Part shown: piece after piece, positions 50,690-59,582 of the stretch | Position numbering within the stretch: position 1 is the stretch's first letter | How the letters are laid out: the number at the start of each line of letters is the position of its first letter | Origin: Clostridia bacterium | GTDB lineage: Bacteria; Bacillota; Clostridia; Christensenellales; Aristaeellaceae | DNA length: 64,000 nt | NCBI GenBank assembly: GCA_036825095.1 | Contig: DAISYX010000001.1 | Span: 582 to 64,581, forward strand | Reading direction: 5' to 3' | Made by a program: the position numbers and the translations under genes | The notes under the pieces: model-generated | What the model was told of the DNA's origin: nothing | What the model saw: only the letters and a program-made list of their open reading frames with translations | Databases searched by the model: none

Positions 50690-50735
50690 GCCCGCCTCTG
50701 CCTCTTTTGATGAGGGCAGGGGCGGGCTTTCTCTT
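50690..50735 (+). terminator. Rho-independent terminator after the PBP gene
   Basis: GCCCGCCTCTGCCTC / GAGGGCAGGGGCGGGC stem (with G-U pairs) followed by TTTCTCTT. Confidence 0.65.
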
Positions 50736-50807
50736 GCCTTCTGTTCTCCGATATGACAGAATAGGGCCCGCCAAGGAAGGGCAGGAAAGAATGTTAAGGC
50801 GGGACTT

Positions 50808-52199
50808 ATGAAGCGATTCAGGCGTCATTTCATTGGTGACCGGGCGTTTTACCGCCAGGTCACCGCCATTGTTATCCCGGTGATTATCCAAAACAGCGTC
50901 ACCAACTTCGTCAACCTTTTGGACAATATCATGGTGGGGCAGCTGGGCACCGCCCAGGTGTCCGGCGTGGCCATCGCGGGGCAGCTGGTTTTTATCTACA
51001 ACCTGCTGATCTTTGGCAGCCTGTCCGGGCCCGGCATCTTTGGCGCCCAGTTCTTCGGGGCCAGGAATTTAGAGGGCTTCCGGGACACCTTCCGGCTGCG
51101 ACTCTGGTTTTGCGCGACCATCTTTGCGCTGTTTGTCATGGCGGTGCTGGGCTTTCATGACCAGATGATCGGGCTTTTCTTAACAGGCGAGGGGGACCCT
51201 GCGGTGGCTGAGGCGATGCTGGGCTATGGGCGGGAGCATCTGCTGTGGATGCTGCCGGGCATGCTGCCCTTTGCCCTGGCCATGAGCTATGCCAGCACGC
51301 TGAGGGAAGCGGGGGAGACCATCTTGCCCATGAAGGCAAGCGTAGCCGCGGTGCTGACCAACCTGGTGTTCAACTACCTGCTGATTTTCGGGCACTTTGG
51401 CTTCCCTGCCTGGGGCGTCATGGGGGCGGCGGTGGCCACGGTGATCTCCCGCTTTGTGGAATTGGCCATCATTCTGTACGCGGTGCACGGAAAGAAGATC
51501 TATCCCTTTATGCAGGGCGTCTTCAGCCGGATCAGGGTGCCGGGGCCGCTGGTGAAGGCGGTGCTGCACCGGGGCATGCCCCTGATGGCCAACGAAGCCC
51601 TCTGGGCGCTGGGCGTCACCACGCTTAATCAGATCTATTCCATGCGCTCCCTGTATGTGCTGGCCGCCATCAGTATCGCCAGCACCATCAGCAATCTGTT
51701 CAACGTGTTTTTCCTGTCCATCGGCAACGCGGTGGCGGTGATGGTGGGGCAGGCCCTGGGGGCCGACGACATGCCCCGTGCCCGGTCCACCGCCTGGCGG
51801 CTGTTGTTTTTGGCGGTTGCGTTTTGCATTGTGATCGGCGCCCTCATGGCCGCCCTGGCCCCGGTCTTCCCCCGGTTTTATAATACCGAGGAGGCGGTGC
51901 GGGGGCTGGCGGCGGAGATCATCCTGGTGTATTCCGCCCTGATGCCCATGATGGCCATCTCCCACACGGCATATTACGTGCTGCGCTCCGGCGGCTCCAC
52001 CGTGCTTACGTTTTTGTATGACGCGGTTTTCAACTGGGCGGTGATCGTGCCCTTTGCCTATTTCCTGGTGAAGGGCACGGATATGCCCATCATCACCCTG
52101 TACGCGCTGAGCCAATCCATCCAGGTGATCAAAAGCGGCATCGGCCTGGTTCTCATCCGCCACGGCAGGTGGCAAAACAACATCGTGGGCGCGTCTTAG
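50808..52199 (+). CDS. MATE-family efflux transporter
   Basis: 12-TM protein with an N-terminus typical of MATE (IPVIIQNSVTNFVNLLDNIMVGQLG). Confidence 0.85.
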   Translation: MKRFRRHFIGDRAFYRQVTAIVIPVIIQNSVTNFVNLLDNIMVGQLGTAQVSGVAIAGQLVFIYNLLIFGSLSGPGIFGAQFFGARNLEGFRDTFRLRLWFCATIFALFVMAVLGFHDQMIGLFLTGEGDPAVAEAMLGYGREHLLWMLPGMLPFALAMSYASTLREAGETILPMKASVAAVLTNLVFNYLLIFGHFGFPAWGVMGAAVATVISRFVELAIILYAVHGKKIYPFMQGVFSRIRVPGPLVKAVLHRGMPLMANEALWALGVTTLNQIYSMRSLYVLAAISIASTISNLFNVFFLSIGNAVAVMVGQALGADDMPRARSTAWRLLFLAVAFCIVIGALMAALAPVFPRFYNTEEAVRGLAAEIILVYSALMPMMAISHTAYYVLRSGGSTVLTFLYDAVFNWAVIVPFAYFLVKGTDMPIITLYALSQSIQVIKSGIGLVLIRHGRWQNNIVGAS

Positions 52200-52266
52200 C
52201 GTTGAAGCGGTACCCTGCTTATGGTAAACTGAGTTTATCACAGCAAGTTTTAGGGAGGACTGTAAA

Positions 52267-53445
52267 TTGTTGAATTTTGATTTGTATACCCCGGCGCGCA
52301 TCGTGTTCGGCCGGGACACCCAGCAGAAAATCGGCAAGCTGCTAAAGCCCCACGCCCGGAAGGTGCTGCTGCACTACGGCGGCGGCAGCATCAAGAAAAC
52401 CGGCCTGTATGACCAGGTGGTCACCTCATTGAATGAGGCGGGGATCGCCTTTGTGGAACTGGGCGGCGTTAAGCCCAACCCCCGTTTGTCCCTGGTGCAT
52501 GAGGGCATTGCCCTGTGCAAAAAGGAAGGGGTGGATCTGATCCTGGCGGTGGGCGGCGGCAGCGCCATCGACTCCGCCAAGGCCATCGCCATGGGCGTGC
52601 ATTACGAGGGCGACGTGTGGGAGATTTACGACCAGGGCCTGAAGATCAAAAAGGCCCTGCCGGTGGCCATCATCCTCACCATCCCCGCTGCGGGCAGCGA
52701 ATCCAGCGGGGACACGGTGATCAGCAACGAGGCCGCCCAGCGCAAGTACGGCTACGGCAGCCCCCATCTGCGGCCGCTTCTTTCCATCATGAACCCCGAA
52801 TTGTTCTTCACCCTGCCGGACAACCAGATCGCAAACGGCGTGGCGGACATGATGAGCCATGTCTTTGAGCGCTATTTCACCAACACCACCCATGTGGACC
52901 TGACCGACGCCCTGTGTGAGGCGACGCTGACCACCATCATCGCCAACGGCCCCCGGCTGCTGGACAACCCCCAGGACTATGACGCCTGGGCGGAGATCGG
53001 CTTTGCGGGCACGGTGGCCCACAACGGGCTGCTTGGCATGGGGCGGGAGCAGGACTGGGCCTGCCATGACATGGAGCATGAGCTGAGCGCGGTTTACGAC
53101 GTGGCCCACGGGGCGGGGCTGGCGGTGCTGACCCCCGCCTGGATGAGCTATGTGTACAAGGACAACATCGATATGTTCGCCCAGTTCGCCGTGAAGGTGA
53201 TGGGCGTCACCAAGGGCTTCAGGGACAAGGAGGAGCTGGTCAAGGAGGGCATCGACCGCCTGCGCCAGTTCTACCGCCGCATGGGCCTGCCCCAGACCTT
53301 AAGCGAGCTGGGCATTGATGAGAGCAAGCTGGAGCTGATGGCCCGGCGCGCCACCGGCATTGAGTACGGCCAGGAAAACCCCCTGGGCGGGCTTAAGAAG
53401 CTGGGCTGGGAGGATGTGCTGAACATCTACCGGCTCTGCAAGTAA
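52267..53445 (+). CDS. Iron-containing (group III) alcohol dehydrogenase, butanol-dehydrogenase/YqhD-like
   Basis: NFDLYTPARIVFG, GGGSAIDSAKA and H-rich metal site motifs. TTG start 8 nt after GGGAGG. Confidence 0.85.
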   Translation: MLNFDLYTPARIVFGRDTQQKIGKLLKPHARKVLLHYGGGSIKKTGLYDQVVTSLNEAGIAFVELGGVKPNPRLSLVHEGIALCKKEGVDLILAVGGGSAIDSAKAIAMGVHYEGDVWEIYDQGLKIKKALPVAIILTIPAAGSESSGDTVISNEAAQRKYGYGSPHLRPLLSIMNPELFFTLPDNQIANGVADMMSHVFERYFTNTTHVDLTDALCEATLTTIIANGPRLLDNPQDYDAWAEIGFAGTVAHNGLLGMGREQDWACHDMEHELSAVYDVAHGAGLAVLTPAWMSYVYKDNIDMFAQFAVKVMGVTKGFRDKEELVKEGIDRLRQFYRRMGLPQTLSELGIDESKLELMARRATGIEYGQENPLGGLKKLGWEDVLNIYRLCK

Positions 53446-53460
53446 TTCCGGGGAAACAGC

Positions 53461-53492
53461 CAAGGGGCAGGTTCGTTTGAACCCGCCCCTTG
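53461..53492. terminator. Hairpin between convergent adh and glsB-like genes
   Basis: CAAGGGGCAGGTTC / GAACCCGCCCCTTG stem with a 4-nt loop. Flanking T/A tracts are weak. Confidence 0.5.
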
Positions 53493-53509
53493 TGGCTTTA
53501 TGCCTTGAT

Positions 53510-53758
53510 TTACTTGCGCACAGCCTTGACGATGGCCAGGAGGATCACGGAACCCAAAAGCGCCACCAGGAAGGAACGGATGTCAAAGTCCGTCACCCCC
53601 ACACGGCCTATCAGGCTCATGACCAGGCCGCCGATGAAGGCGCCCACAATGCCCACGATGATATTGGCCACCGCGCCCATGGAATGGTCTGTGCCCATGA
53701 TTTTGCTGGCGATCCAGCCAGCCAGCGCGCCTAAGATAATCCAGGAAATTAAACCCAT
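53510..53758 (-). CDS. GlsB/YeaQ/YmgE-family (transglycosylase-associated) small membrane protein
   Basis: MGLISWIILGALAGWIASKIMG... is a canonical N-terminus for this family. Confidence 0.85.
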   Translation of the reverse strand: MGLISWIILGALAGWIASKIMGTDHSMGAVANIIVGIVGAFIGGLVMSLIGRVGVTDFDIRSFLVALLGSVILLAIVKAVRK

Positions 53759-53866
53759 AAGGTCACCTTTCTGCTGCGCCGGTCGTCTCGGGATGTACCG
53801 AACACAACAATATGAATATATCCGTCTGTCCGCCCATTAAACGAAAAAGAGGGAAGCATCGGGGCC

Positions 53867-55693
53867 TCAGGCGGTTTCAAACTGCGCCTGGAAGAGCTGG
53901 GCGTAAAAGCCCCGCTGCCTCATCAGGCTGTCGTGGCTGCCCTGTTCGATGACGGCGCCGTCTTTTACCACCAGGATAAGGTCCGCGCTGCGGATGGTGG
54001 AGAGGCGGTGGGCGATGACAAAGGAGGTGCGCCCCCGCATCAATTCCAGCATCGCCTTTTGGATGCGCTGCTCGGTGCGGGTGTCCACGTTGGAGGTGGC
54101 CTCGTCTAAAATCAGCATCCGGGCGTCCCCCATCATGGCCCGGGCGATGGTCAGCAGCTGAGCCTGACCCTTGGAAATGGCGTGCCCCGAGTCGCCGATC
54201 AGGGTGTCATAGCCCTTTGGCAGGCGCATGATAAAGTTGTGGATCATGGCGGCCTTGGCGGCCTCCTCCACCTCCTCCCGGCTGGCCCCGGGGCGGCCAT
54301 AGGCGATGTTCTCATAGGCGGTGCCGTAAAAGAGCCAGTTGTCCTGAAGCACCATGGTGAAAGCGCCCCGCAGGCTGTCCCGGGTGAGGCCGTAGATGTC
54401 CTCCTGATCCACGGTGATGCTGCCGGAGTCGATGTCATAAAAGCGCATCAGCAGGTTGATGATGGTGGTTTTGCCAGCGCCCGTGGGGCCCACAATGGCC
54501 ACCACCTCCCCCGGCTTTGCCTTAAGAGACAGGTTTTTGATGACCGGCACCTGGGGCAGGTAGGAGAAGGTGACCTGATCCAGGTGCACATCTCCCCGCA
54601 CATCTGTTAAAACCTTGGCCCCGGGAACATCCGCGGGCTCGGGCGGCGTATCCAAAAGCCGGAATACCCGCTCCGCCGCCGCAAAAGCGGACTGAAGCTC
54701 GCCCACGATGCTGGCGGTTTCGTTGATGGGGCCGGAGAACTTGCGGGAATACTGCACAAAGGCGGAGATATCCCCCAGGCCCACGCTGCCGCCCAGGTAC
54801 AAAAGCCCGCCAAAGACGCTCACCAGGGCCAGGGAGACGTTGTTGATGAAGTTCACGGAGCTGAACACCAGGGTGCCCGCGTATTCCGCCCTGGAGTAGG
54901 CGGCCACGGCCTCCTGGTTGATCTGGTCAAAGCGGCCGATCACCTGCTCTTCCCGGGCGTAGGCCTTGGTGGTGCGCTGGCCGTCCATCATCTGCTCCAT
55001 CATGCCGTTGAGCTCCCCCAGTTTGGCGGAGCGCTTACGAAACAGGGGGCGGGCCCGGTTGGTGGCCCAGCGGGTGTACAGGGCGGAGGCGGGCACCGTC
55101 ACCAGAAACACCAGCACCAGCTGGGGGGCGATGGACAGCATCATCACCAGGGACACCGCCACCGTCACAAAGCTGCGCAGCAGCTGAATCACGTCGCTTG
55201 AGAGGGACTCGTTCACCGTGTCAATATCATAGGTGATCACAGAGATCAAATCCCCCGTCTGGTGCCGGTCAAAAAAGCCCACCGGCAGGGAGACCAGGCG
55301 GTTGAACACGTCCCGGCGCATCTGGGCGACCACCTTGCGCCGCAGGCGCAGCATCACCCGGCTTAGGAGATAGCCGATCACAGCGCTTCCCAGGTAAGCC
55401 AGGGCCATCAGCCAGGCCATGCGGCCAATCACCGAAAAATCCGCCTGGCCTTTTCCTATGCCAATGGCGTCAATGGCAGTGCCGGAAAGCCTGGGCCCCA
55501 CCAGGGCCAGGGCGTTGCCCGCCACCGCCAAAACCAGGGACAGCACCAAAAGCCCCCGGTAGCGCCCCATATAGCGCCAGAGCCGCTGCATGGTTTTCAG
55601 GCGGGAGACCTTGGGGGCGCCGCCCTTTCGCCCATCGCCGCTGCGCTCCATGCGGCTCATGCGCCCGCCGCCGATGACCTGGGGATTAGACAT
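53867..55693 (-). CDS. ABC exporter, fused permease/ATPase (multidrug/lipid type)
   Basis: Six-TM domain plus an NBD with GPTGAGKTT, a signature-like LSKGQAQ, and ILDEATS. Confidence 0.85.
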   Translation of the reverse strand: MSNPQVIGGGRMSRMERSGDGRKGGAPKVSRLKTMQRLWRYMGRYRGLLVLSLVLAVAGNALALVGPRLSGTAIDAIGIGKGQADFSVIGRMAWLMALAYLGSAVIGYLLSRVMLRLRRKVVAQMRRDVFNRLVSLPVGFFDRHQTGDLISVITYDIDTVNESLSSDVIQLLRSFVTVAVSLVMMLSIAPQLVLVFLVTVPASALYTRWATNRARPLFRKRSAKLGELNGMMEQMMDGQRTTKAYAREEQVIGRFDQINQEAVAAYSRAEYAGTLVFSSVNFINNVSLALVSVFGGLLYLGGSVGLGDISAFVQYSRKFSGPINETASIVGELQSAFAAAERVFRLLDTPPEPADVPGAKVLTDVRGDVHLDQVTFSYLPQVPVIKNLSLKAKPGEVVAIVGPTGAGKTTIINLLMRFYDIDSGSITVDQEDIYGLTRDSLRGAFTMVLQDNWLFYGTAYENIAYGRPGASREEVEEAAKAAMIHNFIMRLPKGYDTLIGDSGHAISKGQAQLLTIARAMMGDARMLILDEATSNVDTRTEQRIQKAMLELMRGRTSFVIAHRLSTIRSADLILVVKDGAVIEQGSHDSLMRQRGFYAQLFQAQFETA

Positions 55694-57413
55694 GGGCCAC
55701 CCCTTCCGCCAGGCTCATCTGGGTGTCCGCGATGCTGCGGTAGATGTCGCTGTTTTTCATCAGTTCCTCATGGGTGCCGGCGGATTCAATCCGGCCCTCC
55801 TCCATCACCAGGATATGGTCCGCGCCCATGATGGCGCTGACGCGCTGGGCGATGATGATCTTGGTGGCCTCCGGGTAGTTGCGGGCCAGGGCCCCCCGCA
55901 GCCGGGCGTCCGTCTGGTAGTCCAGGGCGGAGGAGGCGTCGTCCAGAATCAGAATTTCAGGCTGTCCTGCCAGCGCCCTTGCGATTAAAAGCCGCTGCCT
56001 TTGCCCGCCGGAGAGGTCCTGGCCCCGCACGGCGGCCCGGTGGAGGAGGCCCTGCTCTTTTTCCTTCAGGATGCTGGCCGCCTGGGCGTCCTCCACCGCC
56101 CGCAGGATGTCCTCGTCTGATATCTCCCTGAAATAGCGGATGTTTTCCTTCAGGGTGTCCGCCATGATGAAGTCGTTTTGAAAGGCGATGCCCATTTTGC
56201 CGTACAGCTGCTCCCGGGGGATGGCGCGGATGTCCTGTCCCTCAATGAGGATGCGGCCGCTGTCCGCCTCATAAAGCCGGAGCATCAGCGCGATCAGGGT
56301 GGATTTGCCGGAGCCGGTGGCCCCGATGACCCCCAGGGTCTGCCCCCGCTTTAAGGCGAAGGAGATATCGCTTAAGTTGTCCTGGCGCTTGTTGTAGGAG
56401 AAGCTCACGTTTTCCCACTGGATATGATAGGGGCCGGGCCCAGGCGCGTCTGCCTTTATCACCGCCAGATCCTCAGGCAAAAGCAGCACCTCCTCCACCC
56501 TGAGGGCGGAGGCCTTGCCCTTTGAATACATCACAAACACCCGGGTGATGCCCAGCATGGCGTTTAGAATGATGGTGAAGTAGTTGAGAAAGGCGATGAT
56601 GTTGCCGGTGGTGGATCGGCCGGCGTTGACCAGCCAGGCCCCGGCCGCCACCACCATCACCAGGCCGATGTTTAGAATAAAGCTGGCGGCGGGGTTGGAA
56701 AGGGCCATGACGCTGCCTGCCTGCTCCTCGGTTAAGGAGAGGCTTTGGTTGACTTCCTCAAAGCGCTTTTTTTCATGGGGCACCCGGGAGAGGGCTTTGA
56801 TGATCCGGACCCCGGTGATGTTCTCCTGCACCGTGCGCACCAGGCGGTCCAGGATTCCCTGCTGGCGGGTGTAAAGGGGCACGCTTTTGGTGGTGACATA
56901 CCACACCAAAAGGGCGATAAAGGGCAGGGTGGCCACCAGCACCAGGGTGAGGGCGGGATCCATGATCAGCGTGATGGCAATGCCCCCCACCAGCAGGATG
57001 GGCGCCCTGACGCCGATGCGCTGCACCCGGTTGAAAAGCTGGTTTAAATTGTAGGTGTCCGTGGTGAGGCGGGACACCGCGGAGGGGATGCTGACGCGGT
57101 CCAGCTGGGCGCTTGAAAGGTAGCTTAATTTGCTGAACAGGTCATGCCGGAGGGTCTGGGTCATCCGCCCGGAGGTGCGGGCGGCGATGCGGTTGGCGTA
57201 CATGTTGGTGAACATGGAAAAAAGGGCGCACACCAGCATGACCCCGCCCCAGAAGAAGATGCCCCCGGAGGAGCCGGTGGGCACCACATCATCAATAATG
57301 CGCGCCAGAAAAGAGGGGATCAGCAAATCAAGCAGCGCCGCGGCCAGCTTGAGCGCCATGGTGAAGGCGATGATCCCCGTGTAGGGGCGGACATAGCGGC
57401 CAATGGTCTTCAT
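55686..57413 (-). CDS. ABC exporter, fused permease/ATPase (heterodimer partner)
   Basis: TM domain plus an NBD with GATGSGKST, LSGGQRQR and ILDDASS. It overlaps both neighbouring genes. Confidence 0.85.
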   Translation of the reverse strand: MKTIGRYVRPYTGIIAFTMALKLAAALLDLLIPSFLARIIDDVVPTGSSGGIFFWGGVMLVCALFSMFTNMYANRIAARTSGRMTQTLRHDLFSKLSYLSSAQLDRVSIPSAVSRLTTDTYNLNQLFNRVQRIGVRAPILLVGGIAITLIMDPALTLVLVATLPFIALLVWYVTTKSVPLYTRQQGILDRLVRTVQENITGVRIIKALSRVPHEKKRFEEVNQSLSLTEEQAGSVMALSNPAASFILNIGLVMVVAAGAWLVNAGRSTTGNIIAFLNYFTIILNAMLGITRVFVMYSKGKASALRVEEVLLLPEDLAVIKADAPGPGPYHIQWENVSFSYNKRQDNLSDISFALKRGQTLGVIGATGSGKSTLIALMLRLYEADSGRILIEGQDIRAIPREQLYGKMGIAFQNDFIMADTLKENIRYFREISDEDILRAVEDAQAASILKEKEQGLLHRAAVRGQDLSGGQRQRLLIARALAGQPEILILDDASSALDYQTDARLRGALARNYPEATKIIIAQRVSAIMGADHILVMEEGRIESAGTHEELMKNSDIYRSIADTQMSLAEGVAHV

Positions 57414-57844
57414 GGGCAGGCCTCTTCCAGAAGCCGCCTGGCCTCCGCCTTCATCATCTCAAGCAGCTTCAGGAGGGTATCCTTCTCCTCCCCGCTCATG
57501 CCCCGGGTGATGGCCTCCTGCCAGGTGCGGTTGATCTCCCGGATCACGGGGAAAGCGGCCTGGGCCTTGTCCGTGGCGGTCACCAGGGTGAGGCGGCGGT
57601 CCTTTTCCGAGTCTTCCCGGGTGATGTAGCCCAGCTCCTCAAGCGCCGCCAGCTGCCGGGTGGCGCTGGAGCGGGAGGTATTCAGGGCCGTCGCGATCTG
57701 CTCCTGGGAAGCGCCAGGGTGACGGCAGCAGTAAAGCACGTAGGGCGCCTGGCTGGCCGTGAGGCCCAGGGGCGCCAGCAGCCTGCCCCGGTAGCTGTCC
57801 CCGCAGCGCATGATTATGGTGAGGCTTCGTGAAATAGCCGGCAT
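57410..57844 (-). CDS. MarR-family transcriptional regulator
   Basis: Winged-helix region SRSSATRQLAALEELGYITREDSEKDRR. ATGA overlap with the exporter gene. Start taken at ATG 57844. Confidence 0.8.
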   Translation of the reverse strand: MPAISRSLTIIMRCGDSYRGRLLAPLGLTASQAPYVLYCCRHPGASQEQIATALNTSRSSATRQLAALEELGYITREDSEKDRRLTLVTATDKAQAAFPVIREINRTWQEAITRGMSGEEKDTLLKLLEMMKAEARRLLEEACP

Positions 57845-57881
57845 CGTTCCATCCTTTTCAAAACAATTGCGCCTGCAATGA

Positions 57882-57893
57882 TTGCGCGCGCAA
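57882..57893. promoter_or_regulatory. Perfect 12-bp palindrome TTGCGCGCGCAA, candidate MarR operator
   Basis: It lies 38 nt upstream of the marR start. It is flanked by imperfect CAATTG-containing repeats at about 57863-57900. Confidence 0.35.
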
Positions 57894-57931
57894 CCAATTG
57901 TAGCCCACACCCCGGTTCTGTGTCAAGCGCA

Positions 57932-57960
57932 TGGACAAAAGGGTGGCTTTGCCCTATAAT
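57932..57960 (+). promoter_or_regulatory. Promoter TGGACA-17 nt-TATAAT for the PfkB kinase gene
   Basis: TGGACA at 57932-57937 and TATAAT at 57955-57960. Confidence 0.45.
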
Positions 57961-58013
57961 AATGCCATTCAATAGACCCTGTGATCGCATCCGAATTGGA
58001 AAGGACGTGCTGT

Positions 58014-58973
58014 ATGTACGATATTTTAGGCCTTGGGGAGCTGCTGATCGATTTCACCCCCTCCGGGGAAAACGACCAGGGCATGGCGCTGTATGCCCGC
58101 AACCCCGGCGGCAGCATCGCCAATATGCTGGCGATGTTCGCCAAGCTGGGCGGCAGCGCCGCCTTTGTGGGCAAGGTGGGGAAAGACGCCTTTGGCGACT
58201 TCCTGGAGCAGACCCTGATCGCTGGCCGGGTGAACACCAGGGGGCTTCTGCGGGATCCCCAGGTGCTGACCACTCTGGCCATCGTGTCCCTGCTTCCAGA
58301 TGGGGACCGCTCCTTTATCTTTTACCGCAAGCCGGGGGCTGACATCATGCTCAGGGAGGACGAGCTGCCCCTTGACCAGCTGGCGGATTGCCGCATCTTT
58401 CATTTCGGGGGCGTCACCCTAACGGATGAGCCGGTAAGAAGCGCCACCCTGGCCGCGGCCCGGCACGCGAAAAAAGCGGGCGCTTTGACCAGCTTTGACT
58501 GCAATTACCGCCCCAGCCTCTGGAGCGGGGGGGAGGAGGAGGCCCGGGCCGTTTTGCCCCGTGCGCTGCCTCTGGCTGATCTGGTGAAGGCGGCGGAGGA
58601 GGAGCTGCTGCTGCTCACCGGTATTGAGGATCAGGAAAAAGCCGCCCAAAGCATTCTGGAAAAGGGCTGCGGGGCGCTGCTTTTGTCCATGGGGGCGGGG
58701 GGCTCCAAGGTGTTTACCCATAAGCTTCAGGTGATGGTGCCTGCCTACCGGGTCAACGCCATTGACGCCACCGGCTCCGGGGACGCCTATCTGGGGGCCG
58801 TTTTGTGGCAGCTAAGCCAGATGGGACGGCCTGCCCTTGATGAACTCAGCCGGGAGGACTGGCACCGGCTGCTGGCCTTTGGCAACGCAGCCGGGGGGCT
58901 GACCGCCACCCGGCGGGGCGGTATTCCGGCGCTGCCCACCATGGCAGAGATCGAAGCGATTCAAAGCTGGTAA
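58014..58973 (+). CDS. PfkB-family carbohydrate kinase (fructokinase-like)
   Basis: LGLGELLIDF, GGSIANM and the C-terminal DATGSGDAY and GGIPA motifs. Confidence 0.8.
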   Translation: MYDILGLGELLIDFTPSGENDQGMALYARNPGGSIANMLAMFAKLGGSAAFVGKVGKDAFGDFLEQTLIAGRVNTRGLLRDPQVLTTLAIVSLLPDGDRSFIFYRKPGADIMLREDELPLDQLADCRIFHFGGVTLTDEPVRSATLAAARHAKKAGALTSFDCNYRPSLWSGGEEEARAVLPRALPLADLVKAAEEELLLLTGIEDQEKAAQSILEKGCGALLLSMGAGGSKVFTHKLQVMVPAYRVNAIDATGSGDAYLGAVLWQLSQMGRPALDELSREDWHRLLAFGNAAGGLTATRRGGIPALPTMAEIEAIQSW

Positions 58974-58995
58974 TCTTTGGGAGCGGAAACGTACA

Positions 58996-59024
58996 TTGAC
59001 AAGCAGAAATATTCACATTAAAAT
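58996..59024 (+). promoter_or_regulatory. Promoter TTGACA-17 nt-TAAAAT for the fucU-ABC-fucI locus
   Basis: TTGACA at 58996-59001 and TAAAAT at 59019-59024. Confidence 0.55.
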
Positions 59025-59124
59025 GAAACATCTTTGTATATCCCGCTGAATGTACCGTTTATATGGGCAAGGACGATTTCCGAGAAAGCCATTCGCCGGG
59101 ATGCCAAAAAAGGAAGGTGCCAGC

Positions 59125-59550
59125 ATGTTACGTGGAATCTCTCCCCTTATATCCCCTGAGCTGCTAAGCGTGCTTAGCGAGATGGGCCATGGCGATGAAA
59201 TCGTCCTGGCGGACGCCAATTTCCCCACTGAGAACTACGGCCAGCGCGCCATCCGGGCGGATGGTATCGGGGCGGCCGCTCTGCTGGAGGCGATTTTGCC
59301 CCTGTTTCCGCTGGATCAGTATGACCCGTCAAACTTCGTCCTGATGGAAGTGGTGCCGGGGGACAGCTATCAGCCGGTGATTTGGCAGGATTTTTACAAG
59401 GCGCTCAAGCGCTTTGAGCCAGAGGCTCAGGTAGAGTACATGGAGCGCTTCGCTTATTATGAGCGGGCCAAAAAAGCCTATGCCATCATCGCCAGCGGGG
59501 AGATGGCCCAATACGCCAACATCATCCTCAAGAAGGGCGTCGTCAAGTAA
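59125..59550 (+). CDS. fucU: RbsD/FucU-family mutarotase (L-fucose mutarotase-like)
   Basis: MLRGISPLISPELLSVLSEMGHGDEIVLADANFP is the family N-terminus. Length is 141 aa. The context includes fucI. Confidence 0.8.
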   Translation: MLRGISPLISPELLSVLSEMGHGDEIVLADANFPTENYGQRAIRADGIGAAALLEAILPLFPLDQYDPSNFVLMEVVPGDSYQPVIWQDFYKALKRFEPEAQVEYMERFAYYERAKKAYAIIASGEMAQYANIILKKGVVK

Positions 59551-59582
59551 CGGCGCGGACACACAGCCAAGGAGAAAAAGCT

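Noticed and set aside
53801-53825. An AT-rich patch (AACACAACAATATGAATATATCCGT) considered as a dif/Xer recombination site.
   Set aside because: It matches the Firmicute dif consensus (..CTAGAATATATATTATGTAAACT) poorly. It is more simply the promoter and 5' region of the glsB-like gene.
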